Under the pieces are notes generated by a model, which saw only the letters and a program-made list of their open reading frames with translations, made no database searches and was not told the origin of the DNA. This document shows positions 50,310 through 63,496 of a stretch of DNA of 64,000 bases, one piece after another (positions within the stretch are counted from its first letter, which is position 1; each line of letters starts with the position of its first letter). The DNA is taken from contig NC_042998.1 in NCBI RefSeq assembly GCF_006345805.1, positions 38,006,001 to 38,070,000 on the forward strand, given 5' to 3'. This stretch comes from Octopus sinensis. Its lineage: Eukaryota. The translations under genes were made by a program, and so were the position numbers.

Positions 50310-50540
50310 CGTGACGTATTTTTGCCATTTCAATATGGCTAACCCCTAAGGGTGGATGCTACTGTAGTTTTTAGCCCCAGGAGGGACACACTCCTCCAGC
50401 TGGCCATAGACACACTTTCTGTGTCCTGTCAGTATTTCCAAAGGGAAGTCATCCTTCCCGTCTTCAACTTATGATACACACGGACTCGAGTTTCGAGGTA
50501 TTGACCTCTCGTCAGCGTGTGACAATCATAGTTGTCGCCC
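50309..50540 (-). mobile_element. 230-bp structured HHR-containing unit between TA microsatellites (retrozyme/Penelope-derived candidate)
   Basis: Sharp boundaries with (TA)n on both sides, the HHR plus at least five further hairpins, and no ORF. Confidence 0.5.
50465..50534 (-). ncRNA. Minimal type I hammerhead ribozyme
   Basis: Minus strand: CACACG-CTGACGA-GAGGT(CAAT)ACCTC-GAA-AC(TCGA)GT-C|CGTGTG. Complete core, 5-bp stem II, 6-bp proximal stem I extended by TATGAT/ATCATA and CAAC/GTTG. GUC cleavage predicted between 50483 and 50482. Confidence 0.85.
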
Positions 50541-51116
50541 TATATATATATATTGTATATATATATATATACATACATACATACATACATACATACATAC
50601 ATACATACATACATACGTACCTACATGCATACATACATGCATATATATATGTATATATTACAGAGATGTACTTGCATAGCAAGTGACCTGAGCTGAGATC
50701 GTGTGCTGGAACGAAAACAATTGCACCGTGGAAGGTGTTTATAGCCATTTAAGAAACACACAAAAACGGTCTTTGTATGTTTCTTAATGAGGATTGGTTT
50801 GTAAGTAACATTTTGCAGTTTTAAAGCCCTGTATCTTGATTGGTTTACGTGTGGTGGCCGAAAACTTTTGCACGGCCATTTTGGGTGGTCGTTTGGCATC
50901 TTCACCTGCCATTCAGAACCCCTACGACAAAATATAATGATTAGGTATTGAAATGACTCCAACAGGGCCAACGTCTCGTCTGTAAAAAACACAATGTGAA
51001 ACATCCACTAACATCTTGGCTATTAATAGAAATTTCCACTTGTCTAAAGTGGCCGAAGTCTTTTGCAAGGTACTGTATATATCTACATATATAAATAAAT
51101 AAATCACCTAAGAGAG

Positions 51117-51174
<58 letters not shown>

Positions 51175-51510
51175 CACATAGAGCTGTGCGTGTCTGTGTG
51201 AATTTCTCTATGTCGTTACCTGTTTACTTATTGACAAAATCTTCATAGACTTTCAACAAAAGAAAATTCTTTTAAACCATTAGACCTCCATTTAAAATGG
51301 CCGCTTTTCTATTTTATGTTGCGTTTTATGTTCTGGTATATAATTTATTCGAAGGCCATCCCTTCAAATATTTTTATGACGTTATATGATTACTAGGTTA
51401 AGTACAACTTTACAACCCCCAGTAAAGTTTTAGCAACCATTTAACTATACCGAATCCATGAAAAGTACAATTAAATTCTAGACAATAAAAAATAGCATGT
51501 GCATATAATG

Positions 51511-51564
<54 letters not shown>

Positions 51565-52419
51565 GGAAACAACGAAATCTATCTTCAACAGCTTCTACCT
51601 TTTCCTGTTCTACGATGGTTCGGTTTCATAACACACATTTAGGAAGCACCATTCTGTAAGATAAAGTACTGCTCTGCATTTCGATGCGATAGTAGCGATA
51701 GCAAAATTTGCCATGATGGAACAGTTAACAATTTTGCTTAAGTTAAATAAAGTACATTAAAATCTTGAAGACGTTTGGAAATACTAAATAATTCTTGTTC
51801 AATTATTTATATTATTTATATATTGTGCATTCAGTTTTTTCCCCTCTCCACGCCATTTCAATAAAATTTAAAAGACAAAAGCAGCAATATGTTGGTCATA
51901 CTATGAAATCTGGGATATATGGATGTGCATTGTGTGAGTATCTGTGTGTGTGTGTGTGTGTATGTGTGTGTGTATGTACGTCTGTACAATTTCAACAGTT
52001 TTTACTTTCTCCCTGTGTGTGTGTGCCTCGTTTCGGTTGCCGCCTCCTTCATACCCTTCAGTAAATAATAGGTTTCTGTATCCCTCATATATGCTTTCTA
52101 ACAGCTTCTGCCTCCCACTCTGGTTTTTAAATTCTTTACTCATTTTCCCTTCCTTCCCCGTCGACCATCACGCACTCACTCACTCTTTTTTTTTTTCATA
52201 GCAAGCTCTTTTTACTCATTTATTCTTTTACCTGTTTCAGTCCTTAAACTGCGTCCACGCTGAGGTACCATCTTGAAGGATTTCAGTTGAGGTAATCAAC
52301 GCCAGTTCTTATTCTGTTAAACCCAGATGCTGAATTGCTAAGTTATAAGCGGTGTTGGTGGAAAAACACACACACACAAACACATACACACACACACACA
52401 CACACAAACACACATATAT

Positions 52420-52835
52420 ATTTCTTTGCTGCCCACAAGGGGCTAAATAGAGAGGGGACAAACAAGGACAGACAACGGGATTAAGTTGATTACATCGACC
52501 CCAGTGCGTAACTGGTACTTTATTTATCGACCCCGAAAGGATGAAAGGCTAAGTCGACCTCGGCGGAATTTCAACTCAGAACGTAACGACAGACGAAATA
52601 CCTATTTCTTTATTACCCACAAGGGGCTAAACATAGAAGGGACAAACAAGGACAGACATAGGTATTAAGTCGATTACATCGACCCCAGTGCGTAACTGGT
52701 ACTTAATTTATCGACCCCAAAAGGATGAAAGGCAAAGTCGACCTCGGCGGAATTTGAACTCACAACGTAACGACAGACGAAATACCGCTAAGCATTTTGC
52801 CTGGCGTGCTAACGCTTCTGCTATCTCGCCGCCTT
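52420..52835 (-). mobile_element. SINE family A multimer (module-core-module-core-head)
   Basis: Two near-identical core units, each followed by the tail module. Confidence 0.85.
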
Positions 52836-52864
52836 CTATCTCGCCGCCTTTACTAACGTTTCTG

Positions 52865-53062
52865 CCACCTCGCCGCACAAACACACATATATATACACGA
52901 CGGGCTTCTTTCAGTTTCCGCCAACCCAATTCTACTCACAAGGCTCTGGTCGACCCGAGACAATATTAGAAGACACTTTCCCATGGCACCACGCAGTGGG
53001 ACTGAACCTGGAACCATGAGGTTCGGAAGCACACATCTTAACACATAGCCAGACCTGTACCT
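52865..53062 (-). mobile_element. SINE family B 5' part
   Basis: ACGACGGGCTTCTTTCAGTTTCCG...AGAAGACACTT...GCAGTGGGACTGAACC. Confidence 0.75.
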
Positions 53063-53106
53063 CTAACTTAATTACTTATCATGTAGTTGTTTGTCGTGAT
53101 ATTCGC

Positions 53107-53495
53107 CTGAGGTGGTGAGCTGGCACGCCAGGCGAAACGCTTAGCGGTATTTCGTCTGTCGCTACGTTCTGAATTCAAATTCCGCCGAGGTCGACTTTGC
53201 CTTTCATCCTTTCGGGGTCGATAAAATAAGTACCAGTTACGCACTGGGGTAAATATAATCGACTTAATCCGTTTGTCTGTCCTTGTTTGTCCTCTCTGTG
53301 TTTAGCCCCTTGTGGGTAGTAAAGAAATAGGTATTTCGTCTGCCGTTACGTTCGGAGTTCAAATTCCGCCGGTGTCGACTTTGCCTTTCATCCTTTCGGG
53401 ATCGATAAATTAAGTACCAGTTGCGTACTGGGATCAATCTAATCGAGTGCCCCCCCCCTCGCCCAAAATTTCGGGTCTTGTGCCTGAAGAAGAAG
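53107..53495 (+). mobile_element. SINE family A, dimeric form
   Basis: Head, core, tail module, restart GGTATTTCGTCTGCC, core. Confidence 0.85.
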
Positions 53496-53748
53496 AGATT
53501 CGCCTGCGTCTCCATTTTAAATTTCTGTTCTATCTCTCATAGCATATTATATTACAGCGTTGATTTGCAAAAGGACTCACTCTCGTTGCTGTAATTATAC
53601 TTATTTCTCTTAACCTTGCATTTGATATTTTGCGTATGTCAGAAATTGTAGTCTGGTTAAGCTGGAGCACCGCTTTCAAGGATTTACTCGATCCTGTCCA
53701 CCATAAAGCCTAATTCTTATTCCATCCCTCTTTCTGTTTCTGTCTGCT

Positions 53749-53799
<51 letters not shown>

Positions 53800-54507
53800 A
53801 TCTCTTTCTCTCTCTCTCTTTTTCTCTCTCTCTCACTTGCTCTTGCTCTTGAAAAGAATGTTGACAACAACAACGATAAGGTTACTGATAAAGACAATAA
53901 TGCATACACTGCCAGTCCTTGTGTGAATTTGGGATTTCAGTGAGAAATTTAATCGGGCAGAAGTGTAAATATGATTGCTATGGTGAACAGAATTCTTAAA
54001 TAAACGCACTTTCAAAAAAAAGCATAAAGTTGAACGTCGATTGAATTTATCTGAGGCTGGGATTTGTTGGTGAGCAAATCCATGTTAAACTAGAATGCAG
54101 TTTGGGATGTAAGTATACGCAGTAACAGCTCTGACACACATGTCGGAGCCGTATTCCATTGTGGCCTTCACTTGACCTTTGTAAAGAATTAGCAATTTTT
54201 CATACTTCAAGTATTTTCTCTCTCTAAAATTGAAGGTTAGTGTTTGGTAGCAGTTTTATTCTGTTATGATTGTAAGAACTGATAACACTGGTCTGAGGCT
54301 AGAGTAGCAATTTCCAAGTAATTTTAAATCGCTGATAATGAATATCATGGTTAAAACTGTTTGTTAGCTCCACTTTTCAAGATACACGCACGTGTCGCGA
54401 CAGGTTGCAAAAGGTTTGCGGCAGTGCGCTTCTTACCACACTCACAACCCCAATGCACTTCAGTAGGAAGTGGTTGTGCCGTGCAACTGTATATACTGAG
54501 GTGAAAG

Positions 54508-54720
54508 GTAAGTGATTTTCTTAGTCAAACACTTTTAAAACTTATAATAAATATTCATTGAGCGAGCCATTAATATGCATGTGAGGCATTTTATATTCAT
54601 TCCATTTTCCTACTGAATGATATAAATTCTGCTAAGCTGTTAAGCTCTGTATTACAATGACGAATTTATGAGCGAATTTTATCTTTATCTTCTAATCGTT
54701 TGTTGTTGTTTTGCTTTCAG
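54508..54720 (+). other. Candidate 5'UTR intron of the transposase gene
   Basis: AG|GTAAGT donor at 54508. T-rich tract ending TTGCTTTCAG immediately before the ATG at 54721. Confidence 0.55.
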
Positions 54721-56045
54721 ATGTCTCGCACTCGTGTGAACAAAGCAGACAACTTCTGCTACATTTCTGGCGAGGAGACCTTTGCATCACAGAAGTGATG
54801 TATAAATGCTATGATTAGAAAGGCATATCACCTAGTTCCAGTTCCACATGGAGAATATCTACCTATTCCTGATGCATTATCTTCGGTATCTTTCGTGTCA
54901 GATGAAGAAAGTGGTGAGGAGGAGACAGATGACAGTGCTGGATTACAGAGTGGCCTGAATTTTTTTAAAGCAGCCTTCACTAGACCACATCTCATAACAC
55001 AAGGTGAATGCCATGACCTTATCAGAGAACTACAACTACCTACGAATAAGGCAGAGCTGCTAGGCTCTCGTCTTAAACAGTGGAATTTCCTTGCAGCTGA
55101 CGTGAAGATTTGAAAATTCCATGACCGCCATCAGCAGTTTAGCAATATCTTCATATTAGAATGGAATTTATTGGGCTGCAAGAGTATTAATGGTATGATG
55201 GAAGCACTTGGTATTGATTACGAACCCAGAAAGTGGATGCTGTTCATAGATTCATCAAGACCCAGCTTGAAAGGTGGCTTGCAGCATAATGACAGTAGTG
55301 AGCCATCAGTTTCCGTCTGCCATACATCCCATGTGAAAGAACTTAAGAGAATATACAGCGTGTGTTGAAATGCGTAAAATATGTTGAAACTCAGTGGCGG
55401 CTGTGTGGTGACTTAAAGGCTGTTGCTCTTGCGATGCGCTCGCAAAGCGAATACACCAAATACTGATGCGTTCTCTGTGAATGGGACAGCCGTGCAAGAG
55501 AGACCGGTCACTTCGTAAATCGTTGGAGCCTGAGATTCATCATCTACCTGGCGTTCAACATCCACCTCTCACTGTAACAAACAAAATTTGCTACCACCAT
55601 TACACATAAAACTAGGGCTCATGAAAAACTTTGTAAAAGCTATGGACAAATTCGGTCAGGGATTCCAGTATTTAACATCAAACTTACCCCTAACTTAGCG
55701 ACGCTAAGGTAAAAGAGAGAGTCTTCATTGGTGCTCAGATTTGACAACATTTTAAAGTCATTCCTGGGGAGAAGAAAGCTGCTGAGGAAGAATTGAAGTT
55801 AGTGGTGAAGGGATTTCTTGGAAATGGAAGGGAGAGAAACTATGGAGAATTGATGGAAAAACTCATCAAGGTTTACAAGATGGGATGTAATATATCACGT
55901 GAAATCCATGTTTGGAGTCACATTTAGATTTTTACCAGCGAAATGTTGGGTAGTTAGTGACGAACATGGTCAAGGATTTCACCAAGATATTTCAAGCATG
56001 GACAAACGGTAAATTGAGCGAAACGATGCTTGCTGGACATTAGCA
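54721..56045 (+). pseudogene. Transposase pseudogene
   Basis: MSRTRVNKADNFCYISGE..., KAELLGSRLKQWN, LFIDSS..SLK, WRLCGDLKAVAL, LLPPLHIKLGLMKNFVKAMD, SDEHGQGFHQDISSM. Multiple stops and frameshifts, and an apparent deletion between KAYHL and PVPHG. Confidence 0.85.
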
Positions 56046-59000
56046 AGAGTTTATTCTTCAGCCCTGTATAAGGGTCAAGCAAAAAAGCAGAGAGTAGACA
56101 GGGACTAGAACTTGAAACATAATGACACATATTGTACGTTATAATAAATTAATCAATTATTACATGTCGTGTAATATTTAGCCAATAGCTAATAAGCATT
56201 TTCCAAGGTGATATTTGGATTGAGGACATGAAAATACGCAAGAATTAACTAATCTCATTTAAGAAGCACACAACTTTTCAAAGGTTGTTGACCAATGTAA
56301 TCAGCGGTTTTGGGGTTATGTATTTGCAGCGTCCTTGACGCTAATAATTGTATTTTAATCATTTGTTTTATCTTAACTCTCGCTTTTCTTTTCTGTCTTC
56401 TCAGTTTCGAATTCGGTTTTGACTTTTAAATGGAATTATTTTCATTTACGCCGCTAATGCATTATTAAGTAAACGATTAGCATAACTTTCGTTTCAAATT
56501 ATGCAACGCTAGAGCAAGGACGATGATCCCTATAAATTTCCAATTGGTCGATCAACATTAACGGACTAATATTCCTGTATAATGTATCGTGTCGCCTTGG
56601 AATAACCCTCCGTTCATGACGCTAATACACTGTAATAGTCGAATGCAGTGCAACAAAAAGGGACTCGGTAATTTTCTCAATTTTGTTTTTGTATAAGGAG
56701 TGGGTTTTGGATTAGTATGTGTTGTTATCATAAATACTAAATTACAGCGGATTACTGTTAAACTTTTAAAATCTTAGTGAGGTAACGTTTTGTCTATAAT
56801 CGTGCCTCTCCCACAACTGATGAACGGAGGTGTTCAAGCGGTTGGATATCTGAAACTTGAAATACAGTTGATACCTCTTCTAATGTTTCTGCATGAAATA
56901 AAGTAAAGAAACGGGAAAATATGAAACACTATAAATATCAGTGAAATATTTCTCTACTTTCTTTCGAAAATTCCTATCGATTCCTCGCAAAGTCAATAGA
57001 ACACAATTTCCCTTCTATGTCAAACTGTTTTAATATGAAAAACAAAATGAATGAAGATTAATGCAATTCGTTCAGTGATTAAATATCATTTTCCTTCAAG
57101 ATATTGTTTAGATTCATTTACACATTTAATTTAGATTAATTGAATATATTTGCTAAATATTCTTTACGTCTATATTGCCTTAACTAGTAATTCTAAAAGC
57201 AAATTTAAACAATTGCAAAAAGTAATAAATTCTTAGTTTTTGTATAATTAATTTCTTTCCGTGTTTAGCTACTTTCTTGTTGCACACTATTCGATGCAGC
57301 CGCCAGTCAGGAAATATCCCATAAATCCAAATCATTATTGATTTATTAAGTTTGTTTATTCTCTGAAATGTTAAGCTATAAAAATTTCTGCATCTGGTCG
57401 AATTTACTTTGCGGCATTTTACCGCTTACATTTCACAAAGATTAGTGGTCAGTAAGTCAAATTCTATCCCTTCAAATCATTAGCTTTAATCATCCATTGT
57501 TGAATATCCTACATAAAATGATTAATGCATCGAGGTTTTTTGTAATATTTTCCCATTGCCATAAATGATAACGAAGTCGATACAAACTAGTCAGAGCTAC
57601 AAACTCATAGGAACAATATATATATTAAAAGGAAGCCATCGGGTATTTATACGTGCATGTATGTGTAGGACCATCTCTCACTCGAATATCAGAGAGGTTA
57701 GAAATCCAAAGAGGAATCACGAATAAAGATAAAGCGAATACAGTTCACAGATTGAATGTTCCAGAACAGAAAATCCGCTTTCGCCAGCTGAATAATTCTT
57801 TTGAACTATATATTTTAAAATTCTAAGCGCATATAAGATATTTTAGAGTATATCTTTGTCCTTCAAAAGCGCAGAACAATTATTGTTGAAATAGTTTCTT
57901 CATAAAATATGACGTCAAAAAACGATAGAATAATCAAACGATGTCATTTCCCGTTAAGTGACCATACACAGATCTAGAACAATTATTTGTGTTATACGTA
58001 TATAATATGTAACGAAATAAATCACTAAATAAATAGGTAATTCTGCCTATTTCTTTATATGTAACAGTGTAAAGAGATTCTTTGGTGTCATTCCTACAAT
58101 TATGAAGCCCACTTAATGTTCTAGAGATAAAGAGATTTATCCCCGAACATATATATATATTGAATATATTCATTGTGATGACCAATCTAATTAAAATACT
58201 CTTCTGGTGTATTTGTTTCTGGATAGAGAATTCGAATTATAAATCAAATTTGATTTGAAGTAAAAATTCAGAACGGAAAATAATGAAGCGCGGCACAAAA
58301 TATAAATTGACAATCTACGAAACCAGTAAACTCAAAAAGTCAGTAACTTTCAGAGAAAACCACCCGCATCAGACTCTCTTGCATGTTGTTCTAAAATTTT
58401 AATCTCTTCTATATGGTAATTTGGTCATTAATTGCATAGACAATTTCAGTCATTCTGAAACCTTACCGTTTATGCATTCTATTTACAGAACGCTAAAATA
58501 ATCTATTTTCTCTCAGCCATTTTGTGGATATGTTTATTTTTGGAAGATAATAGAATAATTGAGCCAATTTCCGAATAAAATATTCCATTTCACATATTTT
58601 AGATATACATTTCTCAGGAAAATTTATTTACTCTAGTGTAAGTTAGAACTATTTATTCACAGATCACTAAATATATACCAGTTCTTCGGCGTGCATTCCA
58701 CTGTAAGTTTGCGGCATTGATATTCCCTCAACGCATTAGTTGTGGAATGTCATATAATTACAAATCAACACGTGACAGAAATTTTAATTAACCTGCAAAG
58801 TGTGCCTAGCTATGTATGCTATAAATACATGGTTAATTACAGCATATATTTTCTCAACAGGTCTGAGTTTTGTATACGAGAAACTTTATAATTTATTCTT
58901 TTTAAATGCTCACAATTTACATTGTAAACGACCCTTATGTAAACACGTATTGTTGTTATGTGTTCAAGGAAGTAAATGGAAGAATATAACTCTTAAATTT

Positions 59001-59517
59001 GCTGACTGGACTTCTAGGATCCCTTTTTATATAAATTGTAGTACTTCTTCCTAGCTGACAGAGACGACAACATTCCTGTGTTTTGTCCTAGTTTTTAATA
59101 AAATAATTAATATACCACAGCGCTACTTAATACGTTATTAATAACAATATGCTATTTGCTAATACGACTTGGAGAGAAAGGCTGATGATATTTGAGGAAT
59201 GGAAGTTGTATACATGCTTACATGTTTCTATGCTTCTATGTTACGTTGAAAGTAAAAGAAACGTTACCACACCAGATCATGGTTAATCAATTGGTAGAAG
59301 CCGATTCTTGATCACAGTAATCATTGGCTAACATCGGAAATTGCAAGGATACAGAGGAGAGAAAGCGAAATGCCTAAATCAGAAATGATGTCTGTCCGGC
59401 AGAAGTTTTCCATTTGTTTTGTTTTTTCTTTTGCTCCTGTGAAAATTGCTAACAAGTCACTACATAAATACAGAGAACGAGTATGGCTGTCTGGAAATGG
59501 AACTGCATGAGTAATAT

Positions 59518-59519
<2 letters not shown>

Positions 59520-59562
<43 letters not shown>

Positions 59563-59626
59563 ATGTGTGTATGTGTGGGTGGGTGGGTTTTTGTGTGTGC
59601 GTGCGTGTGAGTGTGTGTGTGTGTGC

Positions 59627-59698
<72 letters not shown>
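59520..59698. repeat. (GT)n microsatellite
   Basis: Direct reading of the sequence. Confidence 0.95.
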
Positions 59699-59701
<3 letters not shown>

Positions 59702-60084
59702 TCCTGGGTGTGTATCGTTTTATGTCACTATCAAATTATTCCTTTGTAAATGTATTTGCATTTCATGAAATATTATTGTGTTTAGATTCTTTGAAGTTTG
59801 GTGCGGTGTATGAAAGTTTGTTGGGATAAATGTAATTCTTTTTCAAGTGTGAATTCTGTCGAAGACTGCGGTGTGCATGACAATTCGTTCTTTTCCGTAT
59901 ATAACTAAATACCAGGTTTGTTAGAACATGCTAGTGCCAGAAAAAGAAGGTGAAGTGAAAGTGACCGAGAATGGTGTATAAAGGATGAAGAAATAAAGAA
60001 TATATAACTGTACTTGAGTAGATAGCCAAAATGGCGGTGGAAGATATTTGAAATTTCACCGACAAATCAAAGATTAAATAGATG

Positions 60085-60135
<51 letters not shown>

Positions 60136-61914
60136 ATAAACGTACATATCCAATACGTCCTTCACCAGAGAATTAGTGATGTATTCTATATGATACACAG
60201 TGAATTACAATGAAGCAAGGAGTCCCTGCGTGATTTTGGAATGCGATAAGAATAAAAGATAAAGACTGTAGATGACAAATGACTGGACAATCATCAGTCA
60301 AATATTCATCAGGCATTGATATTTCACGGAGGGGCTCCGTATTTAAATATGCAATAATTTATTCAAACAATTAAATATTGAATGCATAGATTTTAACACC
60401 AATGTATGTAGCCGACATTTTGATAGTTGCACGATTATAGTATTTCGAGGAAAGAGGAACCTAACAAACATCAGTGACTTCAAATAATGCCTTGATTAAC
60501 TTTGACCATAATTTTGAATAGATTTTATAAGATAAAATATCACTCTTATGCCACAGTTAATTCAATCGACTCTACCTTAGACTTAACTATATATTGTTTT
60601 GTATCATTATAAAATGTTAGTAGTATAATAATCTTTTTAATTTTCTGGATAATAAATTTCGTTTCAAATTTCTCTTCACTTCATGATGACATGTTATTTT
60701 TTTTTTTTTTGACTGCTGGATTATTTGTTAAATCAACTACATTGAGCCTTTTCCCTCTTTTTTTTTAATTTTCAGGATATAAATTTTCCAGCGCGGTATA
60801 ATGTAAATCAGTTGCTTAATTAATTGCATATCGCTAGATAGCTGTTGGAAAATAAAGAAGTCCATTACGGTAATAAATTTAATCTGGATTACTAAGATGA
60901 ATATTATAAACTCTCAGCCTTTGTACTCCATGAAATATTATTCCGTATTGTATTGATCGAATTGTATCACGGTCATTGATTTGTTTTATTAAGTAAATCA
61001 AAAGCTGGCACTTTCATATCTTGTAAATTTGGATTTCATTGTGAGGAGAGCGAAAAATGTTTGCTTTTTGAAGTCAAAAAACAATTAGTTAACCCGTTGA
61101 TGAAGTGCCTTATGTCTTCAATATCTCATTTAAAACAACTTAGATAAACGTAAATGGCAAATTTAAAAGTATTTGCGAGCATTTTTATTTTCGTATTTGA
61201 TGTCAGCTGAAGCAATTCCCTTGGTTCTTCACCAATGCAGATCAAAAGGTTGCTCGACTATTCCTGCATACTGTAATGTTTGCATGGAACTAGAAACACG
61301 GCACGCTAAGCAAACCTGATCAGAACACAAATAATTCTAATATCAACCGATCGATCATTCGTATCCATTATTGCTGTCAACTGAATGTCCTATTGGGGGA
61401 AATGAGAACCAGAAATTGTTTTAAGAACTACATGTCTTTAATATCGATTTTGAAATGGATTATGAACGCAAGATTGGATGTAATCAGTGACATGGGACTT
61501 ATGAACATACCGCAATTATTAGCAAACTGATCGAGCATAATCGATATAAATTAATGCAGTTGGCTCTTAGTCCGTTTATATGTTTTCAAAACAGAGAGAG
61601 ATTGAAAGAAAGACTCTGAGTATGTGAGAGAGAGAAGCGGAGAGAGAGAGAGAGGGGGCACAAAGGGAAATACAGGGAGAGAAGCTTCCCTATTCCTCTG
61701 CACTAATGATTATAATGACCAATTATTAATAAAATATAATCGTTAACTTGTATAGAAACTATTAATGACGGAGCACATTCAAACACTTGCATATTTCATT
61801 CGTTTATTTCTGTTTACATGGGATTTCTGCAAAGTTTTGTTTCATCATTTTCTATACACGGGTTATTGGGAAACTGATGCTAGTTGTTAAATGTATTTGC
61901 CAAAAGCGTCATAT

Positions 61915-62043
61915 ATAGATAGATAGAGAGATAGACAGACATTCAGACAAACAGACAAACAGACAGACGGACAAACAGACAGACAGACAGACTGACAGAC
62001 AAACAGACTGACAGATAGATTGACAGATAGATAGATAGACAGG

Positions 62044-62132
<89 letters not shown>
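61915..62132. repeat. (GACA)/(GATA) microsatellite
   Basis: Direct reading of the sequence. Confidence 0.95.
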
Positions 62133-62133
<1 letters not shown>

Positions 62134-62751
62134 TTGACTTGTTGCAGAATTCCTTAGAATCGAGGCACACCAACTCGTAAGGCACCAGAAATGGTTAGGC
62201 ATAACATAAAGTGCACAATAAAGTAAAACAACCATGCAGGTATCATTTGTTGGTAGGATGCTGTAGATATGTAAATACCAAATACAATTTAATCCGCAGA
62301 TCTGACTCAGGGCTGGTTCTAGATGTGGTGTAGGTATAACACCGAATACAAATAGGGTTTAAACTTGACGAAAGGTGTTTCGTTAGAATTTTATTCATGT
62401 ATTAGATTATATCATAGTGTAAATCTGCCATCTCCAGGTAAAAATTTAAATAGATATAAGCAGGTGAAATATCTTGATGATGACAAATCCAACCAATATT
62501 TTTGTATAAGTGGAATTTTTGAAAAAGAACATTCGAATTTATAGCAAAATTAGAAAGAGTGGCTATAACGGGCATACAAGCGACAAAAAGATCAAAGGCT
62601 TTATTATGTCACAATAGCTACCTTAATTAGTTTAGAGCCAAAACTGGTTATGCGGTCGTAAAAGAAACACAGACGTGACGTTAAAGACATTAAGGCCAGG
62701 TAAATAGCTTGTCAGTTAAGTGAGATAAAATAAAGCAAATCTTCATTGTCA

Positions 62752-62779
62752 GCACACACACAAAACACGCACACACACA

Positions 62780-62854
<75 letters not shown>

Positions 62855-62907
62855 AAAAACGCGCGTGTGTGTGTGTAAATGTAAACACACGCAAGCGCAT
62901 ATATGCA

Positions 62908-62947
<40 letters not shown>
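62752..62947. repeat. (CA)n + (TA)n microsatellite
   Basis: Direct reading of the sequence. Confidence 0.95.
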
Positions 62948-62951
<4 letters not shown>

Positions 62952-63496
62952 TAGATAAATGGTACAACAAAGCACCAATATTTACTGGAAAATAGCAATC
63001 GTATTAAATACGACGCTATTGTATAGCTTCACTGCGTATATACTAGCAAAGACGCGTGTGTGCAACAAAAATGAAAAAAATTTGTCTTACCTCTAGGAAG
63101 AACATCTGATAAATGGACAACCTAGAATCGGATAATGCAGGACCGGTTTCTGACTCTTCAAATACTTTGAAAGAATTCGTATATAAATAAATCGCTTTTC
63201 TTCTCGCATGTCCGTTATAGCCGCTCCTTGTAATTTCTCAATAAATTCGAATATTATTCTTTACAATATTTCTTATCCAAAAACGGCGGTTGGATTCGTT
63301 GTCATTAAGATGTTTTCTCACCTATTTATGTCTGTTTAAATTTCCAACAGTATCCGAAAGAAGTATTCCAGCTACGAATAGAACTGTTAAGTATTGAGTA
63401 AAAGTATGATAAAAACAGACGAATAATCTATGACTGCGTCATTAAAATGCTACCGAAGCAGTTGTAATAAACTTTAAATGTATCCTTTTCTACTCT

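Larger units (their letters stand above)
54286..56297 (+). mobile_element. Chapaev3-like (CMC) DNA transposon, internally deleted
   Basis: Termini CACTGGTC...GACCAATG (1 mismatch) flanked by TAA on both sides (3-bp TWA TSD). Contains a transposase pseudogene. Superfamily name is from recalled protein similarity. Confidence 0.75.

Noticed and set aside
56817-56875. CTGATGA...GAAA hammerhead-like motif (also 20256, 42139-42155, 48433)
   Set aside because: No valid stem II plus stem I/III geometry around the core.
60018-60030. YY1-like AAAATGGCGG motifs (also ~22164 and ~51296)
   Set aside because: Isolated single motifs, expected by chance in 64 kb.
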